A DNA stretch of 64,000 nt, taken from contig OZ024757.1 of assembly GCA_964016885.1 (NCBI GenBank), positions 34,534,001 to 34,598,000 on the forward strand, written 5' to 3'. The position numbers and the translations under genes were made by a program. The notes beneath the pieces are model-generated. The model was not told the origin of the DNA and made no database searches. It saw only the letters and a program-made list of their open reading frames with translations. Source of the stretch: Eledone cirrhosa (taxonomy: Eukaryota). Position 1 is the stretch's first letter; every line of letters starts with the position of its first letter. This document shows, in pieces, positions 1-12,482 of the stretch.

Positions 1-59
1 GATACATTTTATCTAGACAATTTCTAACCCTAGAATTATTATATATATAGTTCAAGGAG

Positions 60-345
60 ACAACAAACAGAGGTATAAAAAGTCTTATTAGTTTCCCGCA
101 TTAGTAAAAAGAGGAAAAAAAGTTTGATATGTCGGGCTTAAGCCCTTCTTCAGGAGTACAAAATAGACAGGATCGTAATGGAGAAACAGAAAAAAGGTCC
201 AGTAAAGACAGCAAAGAAAAAAAACAAAAATGAAGATGGAAAACAAGAAAACTATTAGGTAGTCTTGGTTACAGTAGGAACACAGAGTGGAGTGTGTGTG
301 TATAACTATTGTTATATGTGTGAGTGTAAGTGTAAATTTAAACAT
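60..345 (-). repeat. Dispersed repeat (copy on + at about 35760-36050) with decayed hammerhead-like core
   Basis: Reverse-complement similarity between the two copies. CTGAAGA-agggc-ttaa-gccc is followed by a mutated GAAA. Confidence 0.7.
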
Positions 346-663
346 AAAGATTGTTTTTGCTCGTCTGTGTCTCTCCTCTTTGTTCTGTTTACTCCATCTT
401 GTATTTCCAACAGAATGGCACAAAATATGAGATGAAAGAGCTTTGACCATTAAATATCACAATTAAACCACCATCCGGTTACTAAACTAACTGAGGAGTG
501 GATTAGTTACCAAACTAATAATGATTTGATAATAAAACTGAAGGGAAACTCAACTTGTGTGTGTGTGTGTTTATATTGGCAGCATAACCATTCCAAACTA
601 TATCTCTATATATAAACATATAGACACACACATATATATATATATATATACACATATATATAT

Positions 664-864
664 CAGAGAGGGTGTGGTAAGATACCAGGTGGACTATAAT
701 CCACCCGAGTACTCGATACTTGGGGTAGTAGAGTGAATAATATGAAAAGGTTCAGGACTCTGAAGGCTGAGCTCCGGCCGTTTCGAAAGCGAGATCCAAA
801 CTGCTTGGATCTAGCTGTTGAAACGGCCAAAGCTCAGCCGTCAGGGTCCTGAATCTTTTCATAT
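664..864 (-). mobile_element. Small fold-back remnant in (TA)n (hammerhead 3' half only)
   Basis: Inverted repeat 741-863 centred near 802, containing GAAAC ggc...gcc GTC. Related pieces at about 24545-24590 and 54435-54485. Confidence 0.55.
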
Positions 865-884
865 ATATATATATATATATAAAG

Positions 885-927
<43 letters not shown>

Positions 928-975
928 TTTTGTGTGTTAGTTAACAGTTTGCATGTGACTTTGCACATAAACTCT

Positions 976-1063
976 CATATCTGATGAAATGTTGAAGAAG
1001 AGTCAGACCCTGGTCATTATGATTATACCCTGAGCTGATCAATATTGAAACAATTGTAATATG
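976..1063 (+). ncRNA. Minimal type I hammerhead ribozyme motif
   Basis: catat CTGATGA aatgttga..tcaatatt GAAAC aatt GTA atatg. Stem I catat/atatg, 8-bp stem II, palindromic stem III, AATAAA just downstream. Lies in an insert between (TA)n tracts. Confidence 0.8.
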
Positions 1064-1524
1064 CCAATAAAGTCTATATATATACTGCAACAGTGACTTT
1101 GATCCTCCTTACTTTATATATATATATATATATTCACAGAACTTATGTTTACCGAATTCGCAGACCAGACCCCTTTTTCCTCCCGTTAGACCTGTGCGAA
1201 ATTCCTTCCTTGCTCACATTTCAACCAGGTTTGATGGTCTTTATTCTCTCGTTCACGATTTCACCAAACTTAAATTCATAGAAATCTGGGACTTGTCTCC
1301 TTATTCCTCACTTTCTGTTGCCTCACCATTTTGTTTGTTTACCCTCGCGTCCCCTTTATTTACGTGTCCCAACGACTTTTTTTTAGCCGTTGCTCGCACC
1401 AACCGGAGGTATATGGTCTTTAAAGCGATGAAATACCTCTGATAGTTGGAAGATCACTGATGAAGGACAAACTTTTTTCATATGTAACCCATTTGCAACT
1501 CCGCAGCGCCCTTATTATCATATT

Positions 1525-1664
<140 letters not shown>

Positions 1665-1673
1665 TATATACAA

Positions 1674-2378
1674 GGAGGCAACGATGCTTCGATGGATGGG
1701 CAATGTTAATATGTGAGAATGACAAAGCATGGATGAACTGAGGGAGAAGCTGGGTATGAGAGGAATCAGAAGTAATGGGAAGTGGAGGAGACTGCACTGG
1801 TATGGACATGTGATGAGTATGGATGACAATCGCTGGGTTAAGAAGTGCCAAGTAATCCCAGTGGAAGGAGGCCGTGGTAGAGGAAGACCAAGAAAAACCT
1901 GGATGGAATTGGTGAGAGGTGATCTCAGATCACTAAAGTACATGGAGGAGATTACAAAGGAATGCACCAAGGGGAGAGGGGCTGTGCTGAGAAGAACCCA
2001 TCCAACCCATGCAAGCATGGAACTGTAAAGTGGTTGTGATGATGACATGAGAAAAAGCGCAGTAAAGTGGTCGTGTAGGGGTCACAACAAGAAGCACCCA
2101 GCCCACACTGTGAAGTGGTCGTGTAGGTGTCATGACAAAAAGCACCCAGTCCACACTGTAAAGTGGTTGTGTAGGTGTCATAACAAAAAAAAACCCGGTC
2201 CACACTGTAAATGTGGTTGGAGTTAGGAAGGGCATCCAGTTGTAGAAATCTAGCCAGAAACAGTTCTGTATGAGCAGGACATGGTCACCTGACCCAACTT
2301 GCCTCAAATGCGACAACCCGTCTAACCCATTCTAGCGTGGAAAAATGGACGTTAAACGATGATGATGATGATGATGAT
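1674..2378 (+). mobile_element. RTE LINE 3' fragment (related subfamily)
   Basis: [10 protein letters not shown]...RRLHWYGHV...GRGRPRKTW, 3'UTR with gttaggaagggcatcc motif and (GAT)n tail. Confidence 0.88.
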
Positions 2379-2389
2379 ATATATATAAA

Positions 2390-3015
2390 TATATTTAACT
2401 GATACTTTAGTTTATCAACCTTAGAAGGATGAAAGATAAAGATGACCTTGGCAGAATTTGAACTCACAAAGCAGAGAGTCAGAACAAATGCCACAAAGCA
2501 TTTTACCCAATGCTCTAATGATTCTGCCAATCTACCATCCTGAGAATAATAATAATGATTTCTAGTATCGGCACAAGGCCAGCAATTTTGGGGAGGGGAA
2601 AGTTGATTAAATCGACCCCAGTGCGTGACTGGTACTTTATTTTATCGACCCCATAAGGATGAAAGGCAAAGTTAACCTCTGCGGGATTTGAGCTCAGATC
2701 ATAAAGAGCCGTAACTCTATGCGTCAAAGCATGGCGTCCGACCCTCTACCGATACTGCCAATCCACCGCCCTCATGATGATAATAATGATAATAATAATA
2801 ATAGTTTCCTCTATAGGCGCAAGGCCAGCAATGTAGGAGAGGGGAAAGTTGATTAAATCAACGCCAGTGCATTACTGGTACTTTATTTTATCGACCCTGT
2901 AAGGATGAAAGGCAAAGCTAACCTCGGCGGGATTTGAACTCAGAACATAAAGAGCCATAACTCAATGCCACGAATCATGTTATCCGACGCTCTACCAATA
3001 CTGCCAATCCACCTG
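2390..3015 (-). mobile_element. Head-to-tail array of three SINE copies
   Basis: Same SINE core three times, separated by (AAT)n. Confidence 0.85.
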
Positions 3016-3567
3016 ATAATGATAATAATAATAACAACAACAACAATGCTTAAACTGACACACACACTAGTTCAGAAAGCCACACACACATAAAACATAT
3101 GCAACATATGCAGACATCGTCTAGTCTGTGTCTTTCTGATTGAATTTGTGTATTCTAAATTGTTTTCAAGCCACTCCCATGCACTGAATCCTTTTGTTGT
3201 TGTTGATGTTGTTGTTGTTGTTGCTGTTTATGTTTTTCTTGTCCTTTCTGTTTTTAAGCAGTTGTCTTTCATCTTCTGCAATTATCAGATCCAAATCATC
3301 AACCACTCACTTTATGGAAGTACGATTTATAAATAAACAAGAAAGGCAAGATAATAAACAACCTCTTTAAAAGGCTATCCATTCGTGCACCCTTGTGGCA
3401 AATAAAGAAATATCTCTATTTAGATCAATAGATCATACAATATATATATATATATACATACATACATACACACACACACTATAATATATATATATATATA
3501 TACATACACACACACTATAATATATATATACACACATACACAATAATATATATATATATATATATAT

Positions 3568-3930
3568 TGTTATACTTTGGGAGGGTCATGTTGCCAATAA
3601 GAAACACACGCACCAGTTGCTTTCACTTCAATTTATTATAAATTAAATTTATAAATTTAGGAATTTATAAATTTCCGGTTGGTTGGTTGGTTGGTTGGTT
3701 CCACAACCAGACGATTATTCATATATTGTCAAAGTTCTTTCGTCACACATTCTGTGACCTTTTCAGTGACTTGGGATTCTTTTCTTTATTTGTGTGCCTC
3801 TCCTTTGTTCGGTCCTACGCCATCTTGTTTTTGTGTGTGTGTTGTGTGCTTAGTTTGCGCATGTGTTACATCCGGGTTTCAACACACGTTTTCAGATAAA
3901 GAATCTTGCTAAACAAATTCAGAAACGAAA
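3568..3930. repeat. Dispersed repeat family in (TA)n
   Basis: Shared block tttgggagggtcatgttgccaataag...ttggttggtt...tcgtcacacattctgtgac, with an inverted end segment in different arrangements. Other copies at 13094-13442 and 17558-17882. Confidence 0.75.
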
Positions 3931-4231
3931 TATATATCTTTATATATATATACTATGATATAAATGTATGTATATATATAACTTTGATAGGTTTTGCCCA
4001 GTATTGGTGCAGGCCATGTCTGACTTAATAGCACCACCTGACTATATAAATACACTATGATATAATTGTGTGTGTATATTTATATCATTTTTTTTCATTT
4101 TACATCCGCTTTTCCCTGCTTGCAAGGGTGGGACACACATATATATATATATATATATACACATACACTATGGTATAATTTTTTTTTTGTGTCTGTGTCA
4201 TTGTCATCATATATCATTATATATATATATA

Positions 4232-4420
4232 TGGGCGGTGGATTGGCAGTATCAGTAGAGGGTCGGACGCCATGCTTTCCAGCATAGTTACGTCCCTTTA
4301 CGATCTGAGTTCAAATCCCGCCGAGGTTGACTTTGCCTTTCATCCTTACGGGGTCGATAAAATAAAGTACCAGTAATGCACTGGGTAATTGCTGGCCTTG
4401 TGCCTAAAGTAGAAACAATT
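4232..4420 (+). mobile_element. Abundant tRNA-derived SINE (core gcctttcatccttacggggtcgataaaataaagtaccag)
   Basis: A-box tggcagtatc, B-box gagttcaaatccc, AT-rich tail. Many copies, e.g. 24690-24902 (-), 26310-26503 (-), 33995-34180 (+), 49430-49790 (-), 50625-50730 (-), 51626-51820 (+), 52265-52487 (-), 62785-62945 (+). Confidence 0.9.
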
Positions 4421-4442
4421 ATATATATATATATATGATATA

Positions 4443-4477
<35 letters not shown>

Positions 4478-4479
<2 letters not shown>

Positions 4480-4551
4480 GGTGTCCCCCAAAATGTAAAC
4501 ACATATTTATTAGAATGCTGTTGAAGTTTGTATACATTTTGGGACATCCTG
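4478..4551. mobile_element. Tiny Tc1/mariner-type MITE in (TA)n
   Basis: ta-CAGGGTGTCCC...GGGACATCCTG-tg, 74 bp. Confidence 0.7.
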
Positions 4552-4584
<33 letters not shown>

Positions 4585-5290
4585 TAGTTCAATTTATATA
4601 TATATATATATATATATTTTATAGCTCTGTCTTTGTTCTTTACATAAGTAGTCCGGTTGAGAGCTTCGGCTTATATTCAGTTTTTTTTTATTTCCCGCCA
4701 AATTGTTCCCTAACAAAGGCTAGCTTTTTTTTAGAGAGTGGTCATATGTCACTACAGGTTTGAAACTTCCATACTTCTGATGGCAGCAACTGGACTTGTA
4801 CGAGTTGTTTAAATAAACTTTTCCATTTGTGGGAGATGATCACCTGCTGAAGAAGTATATCCAGTGTTAAGTTATGTAATGTCTGCAGATATTACCTAAT
4901 TACTGTGAATAGTGGTTGCAGTTGGAACTATTGGTGACAGACTAGAACACAGAAACTTGTCGACAGTCCAGGTTTATATGATATACATATATCATCACCC
5001 ACATGTAGACATTATCTTACTGATTAACATATGTGTGCAATCTGAGTACTGTTTATCTTTGACTCAATCAGAGCTGCTGAATTCTCAGTGAGGCTTGGGG
5101 CCCACACCCTGTTTACATATGTTCTTCCCCTTTACCAAATGCATTTTATTATGGCACCAGCACTAGGGAAATTTTTGTGTTTTTTACACAGCTAAAGAGT
5201 TTTTTTCATCCTTTATTTTGCTGGTTTTCTGCAGCTGGATTTCCTTCTTATCACCAAGCACTTTACTGAGTGTACTGGGTGTGTAGATCA

Positions 5291-5358
<68 letters not shown>

Positions 5359-5435
5359 ATATATATAATATAAGCAAGTGTAGCACCAAGAAAAATATAG
5401 ACTTTGGTGAGAGAAGATAGTAGAAGAATTAACGT

Positions 5436-5490
<55 letters not shown>

Positions 5491-5492
5491 TG

Positions 5493-5543
5493 AGATTCTA
5501 CAGGACTAGAACTGTTTCATTCTTTAGAAATCATCAGGAATCT
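5493..5543 (-). ncRNA. Type I hammerhead motif (left arm, mirror copy)
   Basis: Exact reverse complement of 5889..5939. Confidence 0.78.
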
Positions 5544-5888
5544 GGGTATCAAAAAATAAATATGGTATTTATAGGTCTCTTCAGGTAGTAGGAGAGGGTG
5601 GGGAGTGGGATGGGTAGGGGTCATTGGTTGATAGAAAAGGGAATTCATTAAAAGCTAATTCTTTAAAGCGATAATTTATATTTAGAGTAACAAAGGCAGA
5701 AAGAATTCTATAAACAGTTTATAGAATTCTTTCTGCCTTTGTCACTCTAAATATAAATTATAGCTTTAAAGAATTAGCTTTTAATGAATTCCCTTTTCTA
5801 TCAACCAATGACCCCTACCCATCCCACTCCCCACCCTCTCCTACTACCTGAAGAGACCTATAAATACCATATTTATTTTTTGATACCC

Positions 5889-5939
5889 AGATTCCTGATG
5901 ATTTCTAAAGAATGAAACAGTTCTAGTCCTGTAGAATCT
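5889..5939 (+). ncRNA. Type I hammerhead motif (right arm of palindrome)
   Basis: agattc CTGATGA tttctaaagaat GAAACAG ttctagtc CTGTA gaatct. Stem I 6 bp, stem III ACAG/CTGT, GUA cleavage site. Confidence 0.78.
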
Positions 5940-6033
5940 CATCTATATTAAAACTTTTATACTCTGCAATGTATTGAGTACCTTACTTACTGTGGTTACT
6001 TCCGATTCAACCCGGAATAACGTATATATATAT

Positions 6034-8154
6034 CTTGGAAGTGTCACTATGAAAGGCTACTAAATGAGGAGAATAAATGGGAGAAAGACAGTCTCCCCCA
6101 CATCGACCCAATAGAGGGACCAGCAGTGTTAGTCGAGGTTAGTATAATAAGTAAGGCAATCAAAGATATGAAGACAGGCAAGGCGGCTGGGCCTTCGGAA
6201 ATAGTTGCCGAGATGCTGAAGGCATCTGGTACGGTGGGACACACCATGGTCACCCGGATAGTCAACCAAGTCATACAGAATGGGGTTGTTCCGAAGGACT
6301 GGCGCAGCAGCATTATCGTTAACTGTTATAAGGGTAAAGGAGATGCCCTAGATAGGAGTAACTATAGAGGCATTAAATTAATCGACCAGGTCATGAAGGT
6401 CACGGAAAAAGTTATAGCGCAACTAATCAGAGAGCGAATTGATCTAGATGAAATGCAGTTCGGGTTTGTGTCAGGAAAAAGTACCACAGACGCTCTTTTC
6501 ATTGTACGACAACTACAGGAGAAGTACCTAGCTAAAAGTAAACCCCTATACTTAGCTTTCGTCGACTTGGAGAAGGCCTTCGACAGAGTCCCCCGTTCCA
6601 TTATCTGGTGGGCTCTTAGAAAACTAGGTGTTGATGAATGGCTTGTGAGAGCTATACAAGCCATGTATAAAGAAACAGTCAGCAAGGTTAGAATTAACAA
6701 CGAATATAGTGAAGAGTTTAGTGTAAAAGTTGGTGTTCATCAGGGCTCTGTTCTTAGCCCCCTACTATTTATTATTGCCCTCCAGGCTATAACAGTGGAG
6801 TTCAAGACCGGCTGCCCATGGGAACTCCTATACGCAGATGATCTAACGCTCATAGCTGAATCAATGGCCGAGCTAGAGAAGAAATTCCAAACATGGAAGC
6901 ACGGCCTAGAATCAAAAGGCCTTAAAATTAACCTAGCTAAGACTAAAGTTCTAGTTTGTAAGAAAGAAAATAAGGCGGCGGTCCCCTCCGGGAAGTGGCC
7001 ATGCGCAGAGTGTAGGAAAGGCGTAGGTAGAAATTCCATTTTGTGTCCCAAATGCAAAGTTTGAGTGCATAAAAGATGTAGTGGGATCACAGGTAAGCTA
7101 ACTAAGAACATATATTTTACATGTGGCCGGTGTTCTGGGGAAATAAGTAGCAGCAAGTGCCCGCAAAATACTAGCTCTTTCAACTGCGCAGAGGGTTCTA
7201 TAGAAATAGTGGACAGCTTCCGTTACCTGGGTGACAAAATCAGCAGTGGGGGAGGATGCTCTGAAAGTACAGTAGCTAGAGTCAGAACTGGGTGGAAAAA
7301 GTTCAGAGAGCTTATACCACTATTAGCCGCTAAAGGGTTCTCCCTAAAAATGAAAGGCAGGCTGTACGATGCCTGCATACGAACAGCAATGTTGCATGGC
7401 AGTGAGACCTGGGCATTGTGTGCAGAGGATATACGCAGACTAGAGAGAAACGAAGCTTGCATGCTCCGCTGGATGTGTAATAGTAATATACGTGAACGAC
7501 AAAGCATAAACGAACTAAGGAAAAAATTAGAAATAAGAGGGATCAGATGTTGTTTACTAGAGAGAAGGCCACGTTGGTATGGTCACGTGATGCGCATGAA
7601 AGTCGATAGCTGTATAACAAAGTGCAGGGCAATAAAGATAGACGGTAGCCACGGAATAGGCAGACCCAGAAAAACCTGGGACGAGCTGATAAACTCCGAC
7701 CTCACACACTTACACCTCTCCAAGACAATGTCACTGGACCGAGACCTTTGGCGGTACTCAGTAACAGAGAAGACCCGCCTTGCCAGTAGGCATCTCTAAC
7801 AAAATACACCCCGTCCCACCACCACCACCCCCACCCCATCCACACCACCCCGTTCTATGTAAAGTTATGTTGGTGCCGCGCCATCCAGGCCGAAACAAAT
7901 GAGATCGTATAGGTGTCACGACAAAAAAACACACAGTCCACGCTGTAATGTGGCCGTGTAGGCAACACGGTAAAAACCTCCCAGACCCACACTGTAAACG
8001 TGGTTGGTGTTAGGAAGGGCATCCAACTGTAGAAAACCTGCCAGACAGTCCTATGCGAGCAAGACAATCACTCTTGCCTCAAGTGGGAAAACCCCCGTCC
8101 AAACCCATGCAAGCGTGGAACACGGACGTTAAACGTTGATGATGATGATGATGA
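6034..8154 (+). mobile_element. 5'-truncated RTE-clade LINE: RT, PHD-like finger, 3'UTR and (GAT)n tail
   Basis: ORFs 6126..7064 and 7065..7799 form one frame broken by a single TGA (Trp codon expected). Motifs: YKGKGD, NYRGI, FVDLEKAFDRV, GVHQGSVLSP, YADD, FRYLG, WYGHV, GRPRKTW. Ends in a gatgatgat tail. Confidence 0.95.
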
Positions 8155-8404
8155 TATATATATATATATATCGACAGTCGATTGGCGGCCATCAAATGAG
8201 ACTGACTGAGGAAACAATGTCTCCATTGGTCTTTCCAATTACTAATACTATCAGTCGCAAATCTAGGTAGAAGGTGCAACGTGAAATAAAGTCTCTTGCT
8301 CAAGGACATAATGCATGGCCAGGTCTGGGAATCAAACTCGCAACCTCACTCTCTAACCACTCAGCCATGCACCTCCACAAATATATATATATCGGATATA
8401 TATA

Positions 8405-8742
8405 GAGGCACATGGCTTAGTGGTTAGAGCATTGGGCTTGCAATCGAAAGGTTGTGAGTTCAATTCTCAGACCGGGTGATGTGTTGTTTCCTTGAGCAAG
8501 ACACTTTATTTCACATTGCTCCAGCTTACTCAGCTGTAGAAATGAGATGATAGGGACTGGGGTCCCTATCATTCCACTGCAAAGTGGTCGTGGAGGTGCC
8601 ACGGCAAAAAAGCACCCAGCACTCACTGTAAATGAGGTTGGTGTTAGGAAGGGCATCCAACTGTAGAAATCAAGCCAGAATCAGTTCCTGTCCCACCCTT
8701 GCAAGCAGGGAAAAGCGGATGTAAAATGATGATGATGATGAT
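8405..8742 (+). mobile_element. tRNA-derived SINE with RTE-like 3' end and (GAT)n tail
   Basis: A-box tggcttagtgg, B-box gagttcaattct, core ccttgagcaagacactttatttcac, 3' gttaggaagggcatcc shared with the RTE 3'UTR. Copies at 17139-17440 (+), 37413-37758 (+), 49884-50216 (-). Confidence 0.88.
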
Positions 8743-9250
8743 AAGAAAGATAATATTTAAGAGATTTTGTCTTACATGTTTCAACACAGAAAGAGACAAA
8801 GAAAAAAGAAATGTGAAAGACTCGCGCAAGCTCTGTTATTAATGTATAGAGATGTTGCCATGTTAAACAAGCACCCAGTATACCCTGTGAGGTGGTATTG
8901 TTGAGGCCATGATAAAACACCATGTACACCCTGTAAAGTGATAGTGCTGGTGCTATAATAAAATGCTCCCAGACATGTGTACCCCTCATATAGTTCTCAA
9001 GGAGATTCTACATGACACAGTGTGAAGCCTGGCCCTTTAAATTACAGATACAGTCTATCTTGTATTATAGTGCATGTGGTTGATGATTCCACAGATACGT
9101 GTACTTTTAGCATAGTTCTCAGGGAGATTCAGTGAGCAGTGTGTGACAAGGCTGGTCATTGAATCACAGGTAAAGTCCATCTTGTATTATAGTGCAAGTG
9201 GCCGAGCATTCTACAGATCTGTGCACCCTTAATGTAATTCTCAGGGTGCA

Positions 9251-10176
9251 GTAAGTAGCAGCAAGTGCCCACAGAATACTAGCTCATTCCATTGCACAGA
9301 TGGTTCTATAGAAATCAGCAGTGGTGGAGGGTGCTCTGAAAGTACAGTAGCTAGAGTCAGAATGGGATGGAAAAAGTTCAGAGAGCTTATACCACTATTG
9401 GCCGCTAAAGGGTTCTCTCTAAAAATGAAAGGCAGGCGGTATGATGCCTGCATACGAACAGCAATGTTACATGGCAGTGAGACCTGGGCATTGTGTGCAG
9501 AGGATATACGCAGACTGGAGAGGAACGAAGCTTGCATGCTCCGCTGGATGTGTAATAGTAATATACATGAACGCAAAGCATAAGTGAACTAAGGGAAAAA
9601 TTAGAAATAAGGCAATAAAAATTAGAAATAAGGGCGATAAAAATAGACGGTAGCCACGGAGTAGGCAGACCCATAAAAACCTGGGACGACTTGATAAATT
9701 CCAACCTCACACACTTACACCTCTCCAAGACAATGTCACTGGACCGAGATCTTTGGCGCTACACAGTAATACAGAAGACCCTCCTTGCCTAAGTACAAAG
9801 CAAAACCTACAGTCAGTAGTCACCTCTAACAAAAATACACCCCTGTCCCACTATCCCCACCCCATCCACACCACCCCCTTCAATGTGAAGTTATGTTGGT
9901 ACCACAACATCCAGTCCGAAACAAATGAGGTTGTGCAGGTGTCACGACAAAAAAACACACAGTCCACGCTGTAATGTGGCCATGTAGGTAACACGGTAAA
10001 AACCTCTGAGTCCACACTGTAAAGGTGGTTGGTGTTAGGAAGCCATAGAAAACCCGCCAGACAGTCCTATAAGAGCAAGACAACCAATCTTGCCTCAAGT
10101 GGGAAAACTCCCGTCCAAACCCATGCAAGCGTGGAAGATGGACGTTAAACGATAATGATGATGATGATGATGATGA
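9251..10176 (+). mobile_element. Second, shorter and more decayed copy of the same RTE LINE 3' part
   Basis: GWKKFRELIPLLAAKGFSLKMKGR... nearly identical to 7290-7500. Internal deletions, same 3'UTR and (GAT)n tail. Confidence 0.93.
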
Positions 10177-11019
10177 CTCAGAGTGTGACAAGTCTGGCCC
10201 TTAAAATTACAGATAGATTCCATCTTGTATTACAGTGCAAATAGCTAAGTATTCCACAGACATATGTACCTTTAGTGCAATTCTCAGGGAGATTCACCAT
10301 GACACAGTGTGTGACAAGGCTGACCACTTGAATTACAGATAGAACTTTTATCTTTTCAAGCTGAGTGGCCTGGAGCAACATGAAATACTCAAGGATACAA
10401 CACACAACCCAGTCAGAAAATTGAATAAAAGACCTTACAATCATGAGCTGAACACCCTTATCTCTATGTCACGAACAAGCTAGTGGCTGAGCATTCCACA
10501 TATGTATGTATTCTTAGTGCAATTCTCAGGGAGATTCAGCATGACACAGTGTATGACAAGTTCAGGCTTGTCAATTCTCCCCCCGTCCGACAGGGAGATC
10601 TCCCACCCACTTTGGAGTGGGTGAGCGATGTCTTCTCTTGTGAAAATGGGTTTAACTTTCATTGTTTAAAATCTTCCCATTTTGCCTCATTTCTCCCCGA
10701 TTTGGGGCACTTTTTTTTCATGGTACTCCCCGTTTGCGTTTTTAGAGGTTCACAGGTCTGCAAGTCTGAACAACTCATATTGTTTTAGGCTGAGTATATT
10801 GAGAGCAACGAGAAATAACGTGTCTTGCTCAAGGACACAAGACACTACCCAGTTTGAAAATTGAACAAACGACCTTAAGATTGTGAGCCGAACACCTTAA
10901 CTAACCATTAAGCCACAACACCCCCTTCACAACAGCAACGATGGCTATATGTGCATTAAAAAACCTTGGAAATATATGATATATCAACTCTTAGGAGGAT
11001 AGCTAAACCTGTATTGGTA

Positions 11020-11405
11020 GGAGCTGTAACATATTACAGAGACCCCCTATCATTAAAATAGCTGGGGAATCTATGGAGCTGTAACATATTACAGAGACCC
11101 CCTATCATTAAAATAGCTGGGGAATCTATGGAGCTGTAACATATTACAGAGACCCCCTATCATTAAAATAGCTGGGGAATCTATGGAGCTGTAACATATT
11201 ACAGAGACCCCCTATCATTAAAATAGCTGGGGAATCTATGGAGCTGTAACATATTACAGAGACCCCCTATCATTAAAATAGCTGGGGAATCTATGGAGCT
11301 GTAACATATTACAGAGACCCCCTATCATTAAAATAGCTGGGGAATCTATGGAGCTGTAACATGATAGAACGGGGACCCCTATCACAAAAATTCCTAGGAA
11401 ATCTA
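11020..11405. repeat. 55-bp minisatellite, about 6.5 near-identical copies
   Basis: Unit ggagctgtaacatattacagagaccccctatcattaaaatagctggggaatctat. Confidence 0.95.
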
Positions 11406-12335
11406 TGATTTGTGCATTATTCTATATACTATACATGCACTTTTGATGAGTTATAGTGCACCAGCGCACTGTACCCAATAATTTTCATTATTATTTCTTT
11501 ATTTTATACAAATATCACTATTGACTGTTTAACCCATACACCGACATAGAAGAAGAATATATATATATAACTTCATATTATTATATTTGTTTGATCCATG
11601 TTATTAATACTTCCAACAAAGAATATATATACATTAACAGGTTTTCTTCAATAATTGTTTCAACAATGCCTTTTAAAATGATGAATAGAAAGGTTAAAAA
11701 TATAATGATAATCAGTTCAGTTCAAATAGTGTATGGATAATGATTTCCAATTGAAGCACAAGTCCAGCAGTGTGTGGGGGGATGGGGAAATCGATTACAT
11801 TACATTCAACTTCAGTATGCCACTGGCACTTTATTTTATTTTAAGGAGACCCAGAGGTAGACCCCGAGCAAGATGGTTGGATAACATCAATGAGCTTGGC
11901 TGGTCTCGCCTGGGGATCCAGCTGGATCAGTTGGAGACTGTTGCTTCTGACAGGACCCACTGGAGGGAGTGTTTGAGGACTCTGCCCCCACGACCCTTTC
12001 AGGAATAAGTGGGTGAAGAAAAGAAGACAACGACTCGGGAAGTATGAACAGCAAAGCTGACCTCAGCCATAATTAGTGGGGGTGGGGGAAAAATCGATTG
12101 CAACGGACCCCAATATGTCGCTGGTACTTTATTTTATAGACTCTGGAAGGATGAAAGGCAAAGCTGACCGCAGCCAACAATTAGTGGGGGTGGGGGAATG
12201 TCAATTACATTAATCCCAATACATGACTGGTACTATATTTTATCGACCCTGGAAAGATGTAAATCAAAACTGACCTCAGCAAATAATTTGCGGAGAAAGG
12301 GAATGTTGATTACCTTGACCCCAGTATGTGACTGG

Positions 12336-12482
12336 CAGGGCCTATGAGAAGGGGATCTAGCTGCTACTTTGCTCCAGGGCCCAAGAGCTACCATACAACA
12401 TCCATTTTGAGAAAAATCTTCGCCTGCTTTGGACCCCAAAGGGGTCTTGTACTGCCTTACAAAATTTCTCTTGGAGGCCCTG
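12336..12482. mobile_element. hAT-type MITE inserted in a SINE
   Basis: CAGGGCC...GGCCCTG ends with 8-bp duplication GTGACTGG. Inverted second copy at 21327-21501 with duplication GTTAAGAG. Confidence 0.85.

Larger units (their letters stand above)
5487..6022 (+). mobile_element. Penelope-like fold-back remnant: about 460-bp palindrome plus unique 3' tail in (TA)n
   Basis: Arms 5487-5715 and 5717-5945 around a 1-nt centre at 5716, with a hammerhead in each arm. A related element lies at about 28105-28298. Confidence 0.7.

Noticed and set aside
1395-1475. Hammerhead-like sequence (relative at about 54570-54645 on minus)
   Set aside because: Core reads CCGGAGG or CTGGAGA, and the downstream CTGATGA has no matching GAAA or stems. 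At most a decayed motif.
7062-7064. TGA in the RTE frame as programmed readthrough or selenocysteine
   Set aside because: A single TGG-to-TGA substitution in a 5'-truncated copy is the simpler explanation, and no recoding signal is evident.
8405-8480. tRNA gene
   Set aside because: A and B boxes run straight into a SINE body present in four copies, and no clean cloverleaf is evident.
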